Assembly (NCBI GenBank): GCA_020353515.1
Contig: CP070695.1
Span: forward strand, 409,173-473,172
Source: Candidatus Heimdallarchaeota archaeon
GTDB taxonomy: Archaea; Asgardarchaeota; Heimdallarchaeia; Hodarchaeales; Hodarchaeaceae
Length of the DNA stretch: 64,000 nucleotides
Reading direction: 5' to 3'
The translations under genes and the position numbers were made by a program. Each line of letters starts with the position of its first letter. Positions within the stretch are counted from its first letter, which is position 1. Below, one piece after another: positions 50,851 through 61,686 of the stretch. Under the pieces are notes generated by a model. It worked only from the letters and a program-made list of their open reading frames with translations, was not told where the DNA came from and searched no databases.

Positions 50851-51047
50851 GAATTTGTATTATGTTGGGTAACAATAAATTTCAGAATTCAAGTTAAATT
50901 TAATTTTAAATTGAAGAATATGTAAGTGTTTCCGATAAAAATCCTCGTTACTAAAAATACGGATCCTTGTCAGTGTTTAAGACGTAGGATTTACAAAGGT
51001 TTATAATAACACATTGAGCTTTCATCATTAACCTTTGGTGTTTTTTC

Positions 51048-52514
51048 GTGCAATTTAATCTGATTCTTGAGTTTATTAATGTCATCAATATGACATTGTG
51101 TTCAATTTTCATGGCAGTTATTATTATCTATTTGATAGAAAATCCAAATCTACGTACAAGAAAGAATATTGCTTTTATTCTGACTTTCTTTTCACTCTCC
51201 ATTTTCTTCTTTAGTAATTATCTCTATTATTCTTTTGAGAGCCACCAAATATTTGATTATCCTTTAGTTGAAGGATTCTTAGATTTTCTTCTTAGCGCAT
51301 CTGTCTTTCTCTGTTTGATTTGGTACAGTCTTTTTTTATTTCTTGAATCAGATGAACGAATATATTATTTTATACTGAGCTTTTTCGTAATTGGGTTAAG
51401 CATATTGGGAGTGATAGTAGTGGGATTGATATTAATAACAACAGGAGATGAAGAAATATTTCTTTATAACGTACTTGCCATTGGAGGGACTATTGTGGGC
51501 TCAATTCTTGGCTCCATTACTTTATTAAAAGCAGGTCGCGAAAAACTCTTTCCTGTACAAGATCGATTATTAATGAGACGAAGAAATATAAGATACGTGG
51601 GAGTGGGAGTCATTTTTGTTAGTATAGGATCGTACTTACAGCTTTCAATCCCTGCTATGCCTGAATTACTTATTATAATTGTCATTGTGATGTGTATCGC
51701 AGTCATATTGTTTTTCATTGGAATAACAAAAACACGTGAACATCTGAGAGAAATATCAGTACGTATCATTGAGAACCAATTGGATGAATTGAGGGAAATA
51801 GATAGATTAAAATCTCAAATTATTGATGTTTCGTCTCATGAAATGCGGACACCAATCGCAGTGATTAAAGGTCACTTCGATCTATTAATAGCTGATGAAA
51901 ACAATCATCATATGGCACTAGAAGCACGAGAGAAAAGCTTTAAAGCAATTAACAGAAATATCGATCGAATAGAACGGTCTTTAGCAAACATCTACGACTT
52001 TTCATCTATTAGAAGAGAGCTTTTTGATTTCCAGTTTGAAAATTCTAATCTAATTCCCGTATTAAATAGCACAATTAATGATATGAGCAGTCTAGCTGAA
52101 CAAAAAGGATTAACTATTTCATTCACTAATGAAATCACTTTAGAACCTTCTTTTGTAAGGATTGACCCAGTTCGTATCTCACAAGTCCTTCGTAACTTAC
52201 TTGAGAATGCTATCAAGTACTCATCAGAAGGAGAAATAAAGGTTCATCTTGAAGAGACGAACTCTGAATATGTTGTTTCTGTCATTGATCCAGGTGTTGG
52301 GATTGATAAGGATAGCATGGAAACTATTTTTGATCCGTTTAAAGGGAAGAATCAATCCGCAATTGATGTCAAAGGATTAGGTTTGGGTTTATTTATTTGT
52401 AAAAATATTATCGAAGGACATCATGGGAGGATTTGGGCAACTTCCGAAGGAAAAGGAAGTCAGTTTTATTTTTCACTTCCTAAAGAGGGGAATGAACAGA
52501 GAGTAATGAAATAG
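51048..52514 (+). CDS. Multi-TM sensor histidine kinase (HisKA + HATPase_c)
   Basis: About 7 TMs; SHEMRTPI H-box, NLLENAIKY N-box, DPGVGI G1, FDPF, GLGLGL G2. Confidence 0.93.
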   Translation: MQFNLILEFINVINMTLCSIFMAVIIIYLIENPNLRTRKNIAFILTFFSLSIFFFSNYLYYSFESHQIFDYPLVEGFLDFLLSASVFLCLIWYSLFLFLESDERIYYFILSFFVIGLSILGVIVVGLILITTGDEEIFLYNVLAIGGTIVGSILGSITLLKAGREKLFPVQDRLLMRRRNIRYVGVGVIFVSIGSYLQLSIPAMPELLIIIVIVMCIAVILFFIGITKTREHLREISVRIIENQLDELREIDRLKSQIIDVSSHEMRTPIAVIKGHFDLLIADENNHHMALEAREKSFKAINRNIDRIERSLANIYDFSSIRRELFDFQFENSNLIPVLNSTINDMSSLAEQKGLTISFTNEITLEPSFVRIDPVRISQVLRNLLENAIKYSSEGEIKVHLEETNSEYVVSVIDPGVGIDKDSMETIFDPFKGKNQSAIDVKGLGLGLFICKNIIEGHHGRIWATSEGKGSQFYFSLPKEGNEQRVMK

Positions 52515-52537
52515 CCAATCATTTCAATAGATCATTC

Positions 52538-54289
52538 TTAGACAAACATTCTTTTTGTGATTACTTCTAGCAAAGTAATGAAAATCAGCCCAATCAAGAC
52601 AATAGAAACTATCTCCCAACTTTGGTAGAAAAATCCTGACTTAATCTCTGTAAGCTTAAAATATCCAAAAATTATACTATTTAAGCCTATAAAGATTCCT
52701 AGCCATTTACGAATTTGATTTTCAACATTCTCAACTGTAAAAGTATAACGGTTATTTATCTTACCAAAGAAGAAGGCATATAAAATGAGGAATACATACA
52801 CGGCGATGATATTTGCAAAGAAGATTTTAATGTATGTATAGAACATACCTAGTGTCATAAATCCCTGAAGAAGAAGGAAAATGATTAGAATTGGGAATAA
52901 ACAGGCAGTTGTTATGATTAACTGCTTAGATCGAAAAAGATCTCTTTCTTCAAAAGGTAAAGCCGAAAGTAATCCTCCAAGATTCCTTTCAGATAATCTT
53001 ATGCTATTATAAAAGATGAATATCAGAAATCCTGTTAAAAAAGCTAACATTGTTGTGATAAACCAAGCATGCCCACCTCCGCCACCAATGTATCTTTCTG
53101 GCATCGTAGATGCATAAAATAAGATAATAGTTGGCATTAACAATCCTACAACAAATAATGTAAGAGCGCCATAATCACGAAAGACCATTTTCAAGGTTTT
53201 TTTCATGAAAGTAATAACTGGATTTGAAGTTTTTACTTGTACGACGATATCCTTTTCTGAGATTCCTCTATATCCACTAACAGCTGGTTCAAATGCCAAC
53301 CTTTGTATGAGTGAACTTCCTTTCTTTAAAGCAATTGTGATGATTCCCAAAAGAACAATAACACCTGAGCTAGAAACCAATGTTAGTAGTAAGGATATTG
53401 AACTTGAGGGGAACAACAAGGCTAAAGTCGTCAAGTAACTACTAGAAAAGGGAAATGGAACTATAGCAAGAATAAAATTGATTTCTGGTGTTATTTTTCC
53501 TGTGATAAGATTAGAATTGAATAGTTCATTAATTATATGATACAAGGATGACGTAAGAAAAAATATTGGAATAACTGTTATAATATATATCACTATTGTA
53601 AGAACTGTTAAAATCGGTCCCATTGGAGACCTTTCTGTTGTATTAAAAACTTTTTGAGCTAATATCCAAGCCGTTATCACTAGGACTGGAACAATGAATC
53701 CTAGATTAACGAGATTATTTAGGAGAAGGATGATGAAAGTTAATAGAGAAGAAGTTAGAATTAGCCCTACTACTGGAAGAAAAAATAGAATAAATGTTAA
53801 CTGGATCGCATTCATACGAAAGAATACAAAAAAGGTCAATTGGGTCATATCACGCGAGCTTAGGGGAAGATGACGTAGGAATCTGAAATAATCTCCTCTC
53901 ATAAAGGTTACATAATTCATTAAACCTGCCATAAATAGAATAAATAGAATATACACATTATAAATTGACAATATTGCGCTATTTGCAAATACAACTGCAG
54001 TGAAGTTGCTAGAAGTAATATCTACTGAGAACAATTGTATTAAACCTATTATTGGTAAAATAGTAACAACTCCCAAAATATAACAAATAAACAATCCTCC
54101 AAGAAGTGCGAATCTCCTCTGAGATTTCATATTCTTTTTATATTTTTCAATTGTTTCAACTTTAGTGGATATTCCTGTTGCTAATTGTGTTTGAAAGTGG
54201 ATTTCTTCATGAATTTTTTTTGAAAAATGCCAGAGTTCACTACACGATAAGTTTGACAAGTGCATAACCTTCCTAAGTTTTTCCCTCAA
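52538..54289 (-). CDS. ABC exporter permease (multi-TM)
   Basis: About 12 TMs; FLRHLPLS and LLSALPFEERDLFRSK signatures; overlaps the ATPase gene. Confidence 0.8.
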   Translation of the reverse strand: MREKLRKVMHLSNLSCSELWHFSKKIHEEIHFQTQLATGISTKVETIEKYKKNMKSQRRFALLGGLFICYILGVVTILPIIGLIQLFSVDITSSNFTAVVFANSAILSIYNVYILFILFMAGLMNYVTFMRGDYFRFLRHLPLSSRDMTQLTFFVFFRMNAIQLTFILFFLPVVGLILTSSLLTFIILLLNNLVNLGFIVPVLVITAWILAQKVFNTTERSPMGPILTVLTIVIYIITVIPIFFLTSSLYHIINELFNSNLITGKITPEINFILAIVPFPFSSSYLTTLALLFPSSSISLLLTLVSSSGVIVLLGIITIALKKGSSLIQRLAFEPAVSGYRGISEKDIVVQVKTSNPVITFMKKTLKMVFRDYGALTLFVVGLLMPTIILFYASTMPERYIGGGGGHAWFITTMLAFLTGFLIFIFYNSIRLSERNLGGLLSALPFEERDLFRSKQLIITTACLFPILIIFLLLQGFMTLGMFYTYIKIFFANIIAVYVFLILYAFFFGKINNRYTFTVENVENQIRKWLGIFIGLNSIIFGYFKLTEIKSGFFYQSWEIVSIVLIGLIFITLLEVITKRMFV

Positions 54290-55058
54290 GTCGTTTTAAA
54301 TTCGCAATGATCCCATTGGTTACCTCATCCTGATCAGTTAATTTCAGGAAGACTTCTTCAAGCGTAGCTCCTGCAGATTGGGCAAGATCTTGGAGTTCTT
54401 CAAACGTTCCTTCAGCAACCAGCTTCCCTTGGTTAATTATTCCAATCCTGGTGCATAAGACCTGTGCTTGTTCCATAATATGAGTTGAAAAGAGGATAGA
54501 CCCACCATTCTCAATGTGAATGCGAAATAACTCCTTTAATATAGCTGAAGAGCGAGCATCCAATCCAGAGAGCGGTTCATCGAGAATTAATAATTTAGGC
54601 TTATGAAGTAAGGCGCAAATGATTTGAATCTTCTGTTTATTTCCCTGACTAAGGCTAGCTATTAACGAATCATAGTACTTCTTTGCATTTAGTGATTTAA
54701 GCAGTTCCTCAGCATCTAGCGAAGTTATTTGGGGATTTAATCCACGTAACGAAGCAACAAAATTCAATAATTCAGCAACAGTCATGGATTCATATAATGA
54801 AAGCTCCTCTGGAACGTAACCAATGTTTTTCTTAACTTTTGTGGGTGTTCTGATTGGATCGTCACCAAAAACGGAAATACTTCCAGAATTAATTTCAAGT
54901 AACCCGAGGATTGATTTAATAGTGGTTGATTTACCAGCTCCATTAGGGCCAAGTAATCCATAAATCTCACCAGGCTTGACGTTGAAAGAGAGCCCATCAA
55001 CCGCTTTTACAGAACCAAAGTACTTCTTCAGATTATTTACAACTAAAACTACTTTCAT
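54273..55058 (-). CDS. ABC transporter ATP-binding protein
   Basis: GPNGAGKST, LSQGNKQK, ILDEPL, STH. Confidence 0.95.
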   Translation of the reverse strand: MKVVLVVNNLKKYFGSVKAVDGLSFNVKPGEIYGLLGPNGAGKSTTIKSILGLLEINSGSISVFGDDPIRTPTKVKKNIGYVPEELSLYESMTVAELLNFVASLRGLNPQITSLDAEELLKSLNAKKYYDSLIASLSQGNKQKIQIICALLHKPKLLILDEPLSGLDARSSAILKELFRIHIENGGSILFSTHIMEQAQVLCTRIGIINQGKLVAEGTFEELQDLAQSAGATLEEVFLKLTDQDEVTNGIIANLKRLEGKT

Positions 55059-55065
55059 GATAAGA

Positions 55066-55395
55066 TCACTCCTGAAAGACGTTCATTATGAATTTTTTAT
55101 ATTTCTCAAAAGCACTACGACCTTGTTCAGTAATTTCCAATACAGTAGCAGGTTTCTTACCCCGAAAAATCTTATCGATTTTAATATAACCAGCATCCTC
55201 TAGTTTAGATGCATGGGAAGAAAGATTTCCCCAAGAAAGGTTTGTTTTTCTTTTGAAAAAGATAAGATCTGCATTCTCCACAGAATAGAGATGAGACATT
55301 ATTATGAGCCGAGAGGGTTCATGGATTAACTTATCAATGACAGAAGGTTCAGGAACATCAAAATCATCGTTAATATTTGTCTGTTTATTAGTCAG
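55066..55395 (-). CDS. Winged-helix transcriptional regulator (HTH_34-like), probable CTG start
   Basis: Family motif IDKLIHEPSRLIIMSHL lies upstream of the ATG at 55299; LSWGNLSSHASKLEDAGYI..KP..ITEQGRSAF. Confidence 0.8.
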   Translation of the reverse strand: MTNKQTNINDDFDVPEPSVIDKLIHEPSRLIIMSHLYSVENADLIFFKRKTNLSWGNLSSHASKLEDAGYIKIDKIFRGKKPATVLEITEQGRSAFEKYKKFIMNVFQE

Positions 55396-56039
55396 GATTC
55401 TTCCTCCTCCATCTGAATCACTGGATATGTTTGGATAAACCTGATGTATCTTATTATGCCAAGAATAATTGCTAGAACACCTAAAGTAAAGAAATAGAAG
55501 TATAATCCAAGCTTTTCATCTGGAAAATCAATGACAGAAAAGAAAAAACCAAGTAGTGTTGAGAATGTCCCAAGAATGTAATAACGTTGTTGTCCAGTTT
55601 TATCTACAAGGTAAAGACTAGGACCGAACATTATCAATCCGAAAAGAAATGGAAGCCATTTGTAAATCAAAGTTAATTCGAATTTACCCTCAATTAGAAT
55701 CATTGTAGTAAGTGCTATAGCAAAAACACCTAGAATGAAAGCTAAAAATTCAAGCAGAGACTTCTTTACTGAATATCCTTCTCTTTCAGCTTCTCGTTTA
55801 AATTCCACTCTCCCTAGACGAGGATACGTTGTACGTTCACGTATCAACTCAATGAAAGGGGTACCGAAAAAGAGGAGAAAAGGGACAAATACCACAAAGA
55901 CTGGAATGGTGAAAAGTAAAGGCATAAATATTAATACAATTCCTAAAAGTATCTCTGTAATTCCATCAGTCATAAATTCATGGAATGTTTGCTGTTCAAT
56001 TTTTTTTATATCGATTTTTTCGTTCATAAAACACACCAT
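55392..56039 (-). CDS. Six-TM membrane protein
   Basis: DGITEILLG, ERTTYPRLGRV, RFIQTYP; first gene of the regulator/ABC operon. Confidence 0.75.
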   Translation of the reverse strand: MVCFMNEKIDIKKIEQQTFHEFMTDGITEILLGIVLIFMPLLFTIPVFVVFVPFLLFFGTPFIELIRERTTYPRLGRVEFKREAEREGYSVKKSLLEFLAFILGVFAIALTTMILIEGKFELTLIYKWLPFLFGLIMFGPSLYLVDKTGQQRYYILGTFSTLLGFFFSVIDFPDEKLGLYFYFFTLGVLAIILGIIRYIRFIQTYPVIQMEEEES

Positions 56040-56050
56040 ATTGTCTGATT

Positions 56051-56113
56051 AAGTACACACTTCACTCATATAAATAACTTTGTATTGCAGAGTGCTTCAT
56101 TCTGAGGTGTACT
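56051..56113 (-). promoter_or_regulatory. TATA box plus inverted-repeat operator
   Basis: ACTTTG-N5-CAGAGT (56077-56093) next to minus-strand TTTATATG; outer AAGTACAC...GTGTACTT inverted pair. Confidence 0.55.
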
Positions 56114-56223
56114 TTATCTAATTTTTTTTAGTGATTAAAACTGTTTTTGCTAAAATAAAACTCAATAAGGGGATAAAATCGCATTCATTCTAAAAGGGAT
56201 GTGGATATAAAGAGGATAATATT

Positions 56224-58326
56224 TCATTGAATGTTTTCATCAGATTGTGTTAGGTAGTAATCAATTTCCGTCCCACTTGTCAAAGGGAGAGAGCAAGTGA
56301 AGTTTCTACAGATAAAAGTAGTCCCATTAAACCAATCCTGGTAATTTGGTGAGTTAAGTCTCTGCTCCAGTAGCGGAAGATGGCGTAGATCATTGAGTGT
56401 ACTAGGTTTTACATGAATGAAAACTGATTGAGGTAAATATACAGACCGAAGGTATTTCCCTGTCGAATCCACCTCATCTACCTTCCTATCATCAAAATAT
56501 ATGACTTCAACAGGTTTATAATGAAACATGTCAAAGGCAATTAAAGAATCACCACTAATATATCCACTCTCTTGAAACCAACCAATTAAAAACTGGGCCT
56601 GCTTCTCTGCTCGTTCTAAATAAGTGATATTACCTGAATAATGGTACAATCGAAGAAGATTCTCAAGACTCACTGCGTTTGCACTTGGAAGAGAAAAAGT
56701 GACCATAGGTTTTTCACGAATAGCTATATCTTTTTGCCAGCTTCCAATAAAGAAGTATCCAAAGTGGTCTGGATCCCAGAATTCCTTATCAAAAATGGTT
56801 TGCAGATGGATTGCTTCATCAAGATAGTATTTTTTCCCTGATACCGAAAAAATTTCTAACAACGCAGTAATCATTAAGGCATAATCCTCTGCAAACGCGA
56901 GTGATTTCACTTTTCCACGAAAATTCCGATAGAGTTTTCCCTCCTTATCCCGTAATCGTCCTAAAATGAAGTTAATAGCTTTTTCAGCTGAAGATAAATA
57001 TTCAGGTTCATTTAAGATAAATGAAGCCTTAGCTAATGCATGTATGGTCAATGCATTCCACGCTACAATGATATTATCATTTAAAAAAGGCTTAACACGT
57101 TTTTCACGATATGAAAAAAGCTTCTGCTTAAAGTGTTTGATTTCATCCTTTGAAATCTCCTTCCCAAGCTTTGTTGTTTCATGGAGGATTGAATATCCGT
57201 CCTCAAAGTTACCATCTTGTGTTACATCGTATAAATCAGCAAACTTTTTTCCATTTTTCTCTCCTAAAACCTTTTGTATTTCCTCTGGCTTCCAGATAAA
57301 GAATTTCCCCTCAACTCCCTCAGAGTCAGCATCCTGGGAGGAGTAAAATCCCCCATATTCTGGATGAGTCATTTCCCTGGAGAGATATTCAATGATTTCT
57401 CTAACAATTTCTGCATATCTGGGACGTTTAGTGACTTGATAAGCCTCTAAATATAGAAGAATAAGTTGAGCATTATCATAAAGCATTTTCTCGAAATGAG
57501 GAACCAACCATTTCCTGTCGACAGAGTATCTGTGAAACCCATATCCTAAGTGGTCGTAGATCCCTCCAGCAGCCATATTATCAAGAGTTAAAGTGATCTG
57601 CTTTAGTATTTCACGATTTTGACGTCGAGTATAGGATAATAATAGGAACCGTAAGTCACTTACTTGAGGAAATTTAGGTTGGAATCCAAATCCACCAAAT
57701 ATATCATCAATTTGGTCTAATAAATGGATCATTGACGCGTCGAGAACATCATTTAGAGTTGATAAATCTGGTGTACCAGTTGAAGTGGCTTGATTTTCCA
57801 GAGCTAGAAGGACCTTTTGTGTGAGTTCTTTTATTTGTTGATTGTTATTCTGATATTCAGTCGATACACTTGTTAAGACTTGTTTGAAACTCGGTAGTCC
57901 ATATGTGGCTTTTTTAGGAAAATAAGTTCCACCTGCAAATGCCTCACCAGTCGGAGTCGCAAAAACAGTGAGTGGCCATCCTCCAGCTCTTCTAGTTAGA
58001 AGGGACACTGCTTTCTGATACAATGAGTCTAAATCAGGTCTTTCCTCACGATCAACCTTAATATTGATAAAAAGGTCATTCATAAGTGCTGCGGTCTCAG
58101 GATCTTCGAATGATTCTTCCTCCATTACGTGACACCAATGACATGCCGCATAGCCTATTGAGATAAGCAGAGGTTTATTCAGTTCTTTTGCTTTTGTTAA
58201 ACCTTCTTCCCAAGGATACCATTCCACTGGATTATACATATGTTGACGAAGATAAGGACTAGTTTCATTAGTTAATTGATTTGTTTCTCGGTTCTGACCC
58301 ATAGAATATCCAATCCACTGATTCAA
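56224..58326 (-). CDS. yyaL: Thioredoxin-domain DUF255 protein (YyaL/SSP411/SPATA20 family)
   Basis: [63 protein letters not shown]; likely start is the ATG at 58302. Confidence 0.92.
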   Translation of the reverse strand: MNQWIGYSMGQNRETNQLTNETSPYLRQHMYNPVEWYPWEEGLTKAKELNKPLLISIGYAACHWCHVMEEESFEDPETAALMNDLFINIKVDREERPDLDSLYQKAVSLLTRRAGGWPLTVFATPTGEAFAGGTYFPKKATYGLPSFKQVLTSVSTEYQNNNQQIKELTQKVLLALENQATSTGTPDLSTLNDVLDASMIHLLDQIDDIFGGFGFQPKFPQVSDLRFLLLSYTRRQNREILKQITLTLDNMAAGGIYDHLGYGFHRYSVDRKWLVPHFEKMLYDNAQLILLYLEAYQVTKRPRYAEIVREIIEYLSREMTHPEYGGFYSSQDADSEGVEGKFFIWKPEEIQKVLGEKNGKKFADLYDVTQDGNFEDGYSILHETTKLGKEISKDEIKHFKQKLFSYREKRVKPFLNDNIIVAWNALTIHALAKASFILNEPEYLSSAEKAINFILGRLRDKEGKLYRNFRGKVKSLAFAEDYALMITALLEIFSVSGKKYYLDEAIHLQTIFDKEFWDPDHFGYFFIGSWQKDIAIREKPMVTFSLPSANAVSLENLLRLYHYSGNITYLERAEKQAQFLIGWFQESGYISGDSLIAFDMFHYKPVEVIYFDDRKVDEVDSTGKYLRSVYLPQSVFIHVKPSTLNDLRHLPLLEQRLNSPNYQDWFNGTTFICRNFTCSLPLTSGTEIDYYLTQSDENIQ

Positions 58327-58436
58327 CCATTTCTAGTCAAAAGTAATAAGCGAACCGCTCTTTATATCGAAAATTTGTAACAGAAGCTATTATTAGAAAA
58401 AGTGGACTGGCATAAGGTAATGATTTTCTTCTGTTA

Positions 58437-59222
58437 TTAAGGTAGAGGCAATGATATCAATGACCAATCATGTGAAGATACTAGAAGGGGAGTCATAAGT
58501 ATAAATACAATGATAGTTGTAAGAGGAACCGTTATGTTATCTAATTCCCCTGGTGACAAGGCTTCAACGATTGTAGCTATCCCTACAATTACAAGAGTAA
58601 GAAGAGCCATAGATATGAAATCATAACCAAAAATAGCAAGAAAGGCGAGGCAAGCAGCGAATGAGGAAAGGAACATTGCAGCTGAGCCGGGAATGGATTT
58701 CTCAACCAGAATTGTGAATTTAAACCGATCCACCTTACGTCCAATGATATCAGCGAGACCATCTCCAACTGCCAGTATTGAAATAATAAAAATGGAGAGA
58801 GGACTATACCATGACATAGAAGGGTAGGATGTCCATCCAATAATACAAACGATGATTACAACAACTAGATAATAAGCAATACCTCGAAGAAGCTCTCTAG
58901 GGTCTCCTGAACGACTCATTGTCGTGGTTAACTGACTTAATTTTACAATCTCCAAATTTATTAAAAGAATGGCAATAAAGTAAACTACAGGAATGGTAAC
59001 AGCTATCCATGGACTGAACCACTCTCCAGAATAAAATAAAAATGTAAATAAGAAGATTGGTGCCAAAGCAAGATGTATCAATTTGCGAGTGAAGTATTGG
59101 GAGGCGATTTTTTTCTTTTTTATCCAATCAGTGAAATAGAAGAACAAAATACTAATGATAAACGAAAGTATCATGACAATGATGTCTTGAATGAGAGATA
59201 GTTCACTAGGAAGGATTTTCAT
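58437..59222 (-). CDS. CTP-dependent polyprenol/phytol/dolichol kinase family (SEC59/DGK1/VTE5)
   Basis: RKLIH, GDGLADIIGR, KSIPGS, VEA..DNITVPL. Confidence 0.88.
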   Translation of the reverse strand: MKILPSELSLIQDIIVMILSFIISILFFYFTDWIKKKKIASQYFTRKLIHLALAPIFLFTFLFYSGEWFSPWIAVTIPVVYFIAILLINLEIVKLSQLTTTMSRSGDPRELLRGIAYYLVVVIIVCIIGWTSYPSMSWYSPLSIFIISILAVGDGLADIIGRKVDRFKFTILVEKSIPGSAAMFLSSFAACLAFLAIFGYDFISMALLTLVIVGIATIVEALSPGELDNITVPLTTIIVFILMTPLLVSSHDWSLISLPLP

Positions 59223-59301
59223 TGGTTTATCAAGCTCTTTTCAAGTATAGTCTACAACAGAAGCTTTAGAATGATTCTAATTATTTGTTGTTAATAATGT
59301 T

Positions 59302-60402
59302 TCAGTTAAGTATACATTCTAAGGTACTATTCACTATAGAATAATAACAAGAATTACAGCTTTCACAAAGTGCAGGGGAGTGATCACCACTCTTCCAGCG
59401 TTTAGCAAGATCTGGTTCACAAATTAGCGGTCTACTCATTGATATAAAATCAGTAATCCCTTTTTGGATAAATCTTTCTGCTGATAATGGATTTCTAATT
59501 CCACCCATAAGTATAAGTGGACAGTCATCTGTTAGTGTACGTATTGCTTTCACGGTCTGTAAAAAATAATTTTCCTCTTCAGAGGAGTTAATGGCAACAC
59601 TAGGAAGCAGCAGGTCAGTTCCTATCAGATCCCCTCCTCCTCCACTTGGTTCGATTGCATCAAATCCTGTTTCATAGACAATTTTTGTAATTTCTAGTCC
59701 CTCATCTAATTTCAACCCCCCTTGGAGATCACCATCCTGAGTTTGTAATTTTATAATTATGGGAAACTCCTTCCCTACTTCATCTCTGAGACTGTGATAA
59801 ATATCTATCAAGATTTTTGTTCGATTGAAGGTACTTCCTCCAAATTCATCAGTCCGTTGATTTGTATAGGGTGTCAGAAAACTACCCAATAGATATCCAT
59901 GAGCTGCGTGTAATTGTACCATATCATAACCACTTTCATAAGCTCTCCAACCTGCCTCGACGAATGCAGGAATGATAATTTCTCTTATTTCTGCTGTTGA
60001 TAATGCTCTGGGGACTCTACCAGTTTGAGGGTAGAGGATTGCAGAGGGGGCAACTGCTTCATATCTCCTATTCGAACTCTGTCGACCTGTGTGACCAATT
60101 TGAGCCGCTATTTTTGTATCATAACTATGGATACTTTTTACAAGTTTTCTATGACTGGAAATAAACCCATCACTATGCAAACTGGTACCTTTCTTTGAGA
60201 AGGTGCTGGAAGGATCCACTGCTATCCCTCCTGTGATAATTAAGCCAACTTCTCCTTTCGCCAACTCTGTATAGAGGTCAATAAGCTGATCATTGGGGTG
60301 TCCCTCGTCAGCCATATTTTCAGCTGTTGCTGATCTTACGATTCTGTTCTTAATTGGAACATTACCAATTTTATGAGGACTGAATAAATTGTGTAATTCC
60401 AT
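59302..60402 (-). CDS. NADH:flavin oxidoreductase (Old Yellow Enzyme family)
   Basis: KNRIVRSAT, QIGHTGR, QLHAAHGYLL..FLTP..NQRTDEFGGS, SRPLICEPDL, CxxCxxC tail. Confidence 0.93.
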   Translation of the reverse strand: MELHNLFSPHKIGNVPIKNRIVRSATAENMADEGHPNDQLIDLYTELAKGEVGLIITGGIAVDPSSTFSKKGTSLHSDGFISSHRKLVKSIHSYDTKIAAQIGHTGRQSSNRRYEAVAPSAILYPQTGRVPRALSTAEIREIIIPAFVEAGWRAYESGYDMVQLHAAHGYLLGSFLTPYTNQRTDEFGGSTFNRTKILIDIYHSLRDEVGKEFPIIIKLQTQDGDLQGGLKLDEGLEITKIVYETGFDAIEPSGGGGDLIGTDLLLPSVAINSSEEENYFLQTVKAIRTLTDDCPLILMGGIRNPLSAERFIQKGITDFISMSRPLICEPDLAKRWKSGDHSPALCESCNSCYYSIVNSTLECILN

Positions 60403-60494
60403 TCTCTGTTATCTTCCTGAATAAAAGATATTTTTGCATTAAATTCTTAAATGAAAATTGAGTTTTCAACATTTTGAATATTAAGGCGATTTAA

Positions 60495-61670
60495 ATGAGA
60501 AAAGTGAATAATATCGTTGTAGTTGGTGTGGGGCAAATGGGTAAGGGTATTGCTCAAGTTTGTTTGATGGCTGGATATAATGTCACCTTGATGGACATTC
60601 AAGAGGATATTATCAAAAACGCAGTTAATTACATCAAGAATGGTTTAAACAAGCTTGAATCAAAAGGCCAATTACTTGGAGGATTAACAACTACTGGCAT
60701 TTTGAAGAATTTGAATACAACAACTAATTTGATTGATGCTGTAAACGATGCAGATTATATTATTGAAGCAATAATTGAAAAATTAGATATTAAACAAAAA
60801 GTCTGCAAAGGAGCTCTTGACAATTCTCCTGATCATTGCATATTTGCTTCAAACACTTCTAGCATTCGGATTACAGATATTGCAAAAACTAGTAAAAAAC
60901 CAGCTAATGTCATTGGAATGCACTTTTTCAATCCTGCACCCTTAATGCGTTTGATTGAAATTATAGCAGGAGAAAAAAGCTCAAAAGAAGCGATAGATAT
61001 TGGAGTGGAAGTCGGAGAAAGCTTACCATGCCTGAGAGGAGAGCGATATGTCCCTCAAGTGTTGAAGGATCGTCCTGGTTTTATTGTCAATCGTGTATTA
61101 GCTCCTGGAAGGATTTACTCTGATTACATTTATGATCTTGCATATAAAAAAGGAATTCCTTGGGAACAAGTTGATGCAGATGTATCAAATCCAAAAGCGC
61201 CGATGAGTCAATTAGTTGTAGCAGATTTTGTTGGCCGAGATGTGTCACTTCACACAGCAGAATATTATGCAGAAACTCTCTCATCTGATTTCGCACCTGG
61301 GGAATTCGTGAGAAAACAAGTTGCAGAAGGAAATTTAGGTCAAAAAACTGGACGTGGTTTCTATGATTGGTCTAAGGGTCGGCCTAAACCTGACTTATCA
61401 AAGAAAGCAGGGATTGTAAACCCCATGGTTTATACCGCAATACAAGCCAATGAAGGATGTCGAATTTTAGAAGAAGGTGTTTGTCAAAGCTGGAAAGTGA
61501 TTGATGAGGCTATACTTGCAGGAATGAATTTTCCTGGCCCAATGAAATCAGCCACAGAAAATTACAAACAAATGGTTGAACTTCTTGAGGAATATTCCGA
61601 AAAATTGAAGAAATCGTACATCAAACCTGTTGAACTACTAAGATCAGGGGAATTTGTTGATATGGTATGA
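60495..61670 (+). CDS. 3-hydroxyacyl-CoA dehydrogenase
   Basis: GVGQMGKGIA, EAIIEKLDIK, ASNTSS, GMHFFNPAPLMRLIE, PGFIVNR, GQKTGRGFY; duplicated C-terminal domain. Confidence 0.93.
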   Translation: MRKVNNIVVVGVGQMGKGIAQVCLMAGYNVTLMDIQEDIIKNAVNYIKNGLNKLESKGQLLGGLTTTGILKNLNTTTNLIDAVNDADYIIEAIIEKLDIKQKVCKGALDNSPDHCIFASNTSSIRITDIAKTSKKPANVIGMHFFNPAPLMRLIEIIAGEKSSKEAIDIGVEVGESLPCLRGERYVPQVLKDRPGFIVNRVLAPGRIYSDYIYDLAYKKGIPWEQVDADVSNPKAPMSQLVVADFVGRDVSLHTAEYYAETLSSDFAPGEFVRKQVAEGNLGQKTGRGFYDWSKGRPKPDLSKKAGIVNPMVYTAIQANEGCRILEEGVCQSWKVIDEAILAGMNFPGPMKSATENYKQMVELLEEYSEKLKKSYIKPVELLRSGEFVDMV

Positions 61671-61686
61671 ATTCTGTGTCTCATAG

